Positions 63,551 through 64,000 of a stretch of DNA of 64,000 nt are shown in pieces. Each line of letters starts with the position of its first letter. Positions within the stretch are counted from its first letter, which is position 1. The translations under genes were made by a program, and so were the position numbers. The notes under the pieces were generated by a model that was not told the DNA's origin, ran no database searches, and was given only the letters and a program-made list of their open reading frames with translations. The stretch covers positions 310,001 to 374,000 of the forward strand of contig CM022666.1 in NCBI GenBank assembly GCA_012295275.1, written 5' to 3'. This stretch comes from Chrysomallon squamiferum. Taxonomy: Eukaryota > Animalia > Mollusca.

Positions 63551-64000
63551 CAACATTCAGTCAAATCTGATTTACCTATACAGACAACCAGTGAGCTATA
63601 CCTGCAGACAACCAGTGACATATTGTTCGTTTGTTCAGCCAGTGAAAACCCTTGTTATTCCAAATACAAAATGAGCTTAATCCAGTCACTGAGGTAAGAA
63701 CAGAAGTTTTTAATCTCTTTTAAATGTCTCAACTTCTCTGGATTAACTTCTTCACAAAAGTTTGATGAAAAACAGATTTCAAGGATTTCAGAAGGATGTT
63801 ATTATCATAGCCTCTCTGAAAAAGAAAAAGCAACAGTTAGAAACAGTTAGATGAGTTTTAGCATTTATCAAAATAAGTGAGATTTCCTTCGATGAGAAGA
63901 AAAAAATAAAATAATATTTCCTGCATACTTCCAAGTTATGTTCTGACTTTTTACCACCCAAACCTAATCACTATTACCTTTAATGTACAGTTCAAAAATA

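Overview
AT-rich, microsatellite-dense eukaryotic (metazoan, probably lophotrochozoan/mollusc-like; taxon is inference) genomic DNA. Most ORF-track entries are simple-repeat artefacts. Manual splice-site reading gives a cluster of three paralogous, highly divergent type-I membrane protein genes: A (+, 828-18521, ~840 aa), B (+, 19249-38620, ~844 aa) and C (-, 57493-41345, ~837 aa). All share one blueprint: a 49-nt signal-peptide exon, five ~396-nt phase-1/1 exons each encoding an atypical Trp-less V-type Ig-like domain, each followed by a 27-33-nt linker micro-exon, a TM exon, and an acidic cytoplasmic tail built from 10-12 micro-exons of 13-20 nt that alternate phase and restore frame only in pairs (16+20 or 19+20 nt). 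All three models sum to a multiple of 3 with no internal stop. The genes share an upstream ATGACGYA..GTTTGA motif. Introns carry Tc1 and mariner remnants, several minisatellites and recent duplications of micro-exon pairs. No RNA genes or CRISPR arrays were seen. All models are manual and unverified by transcripts.
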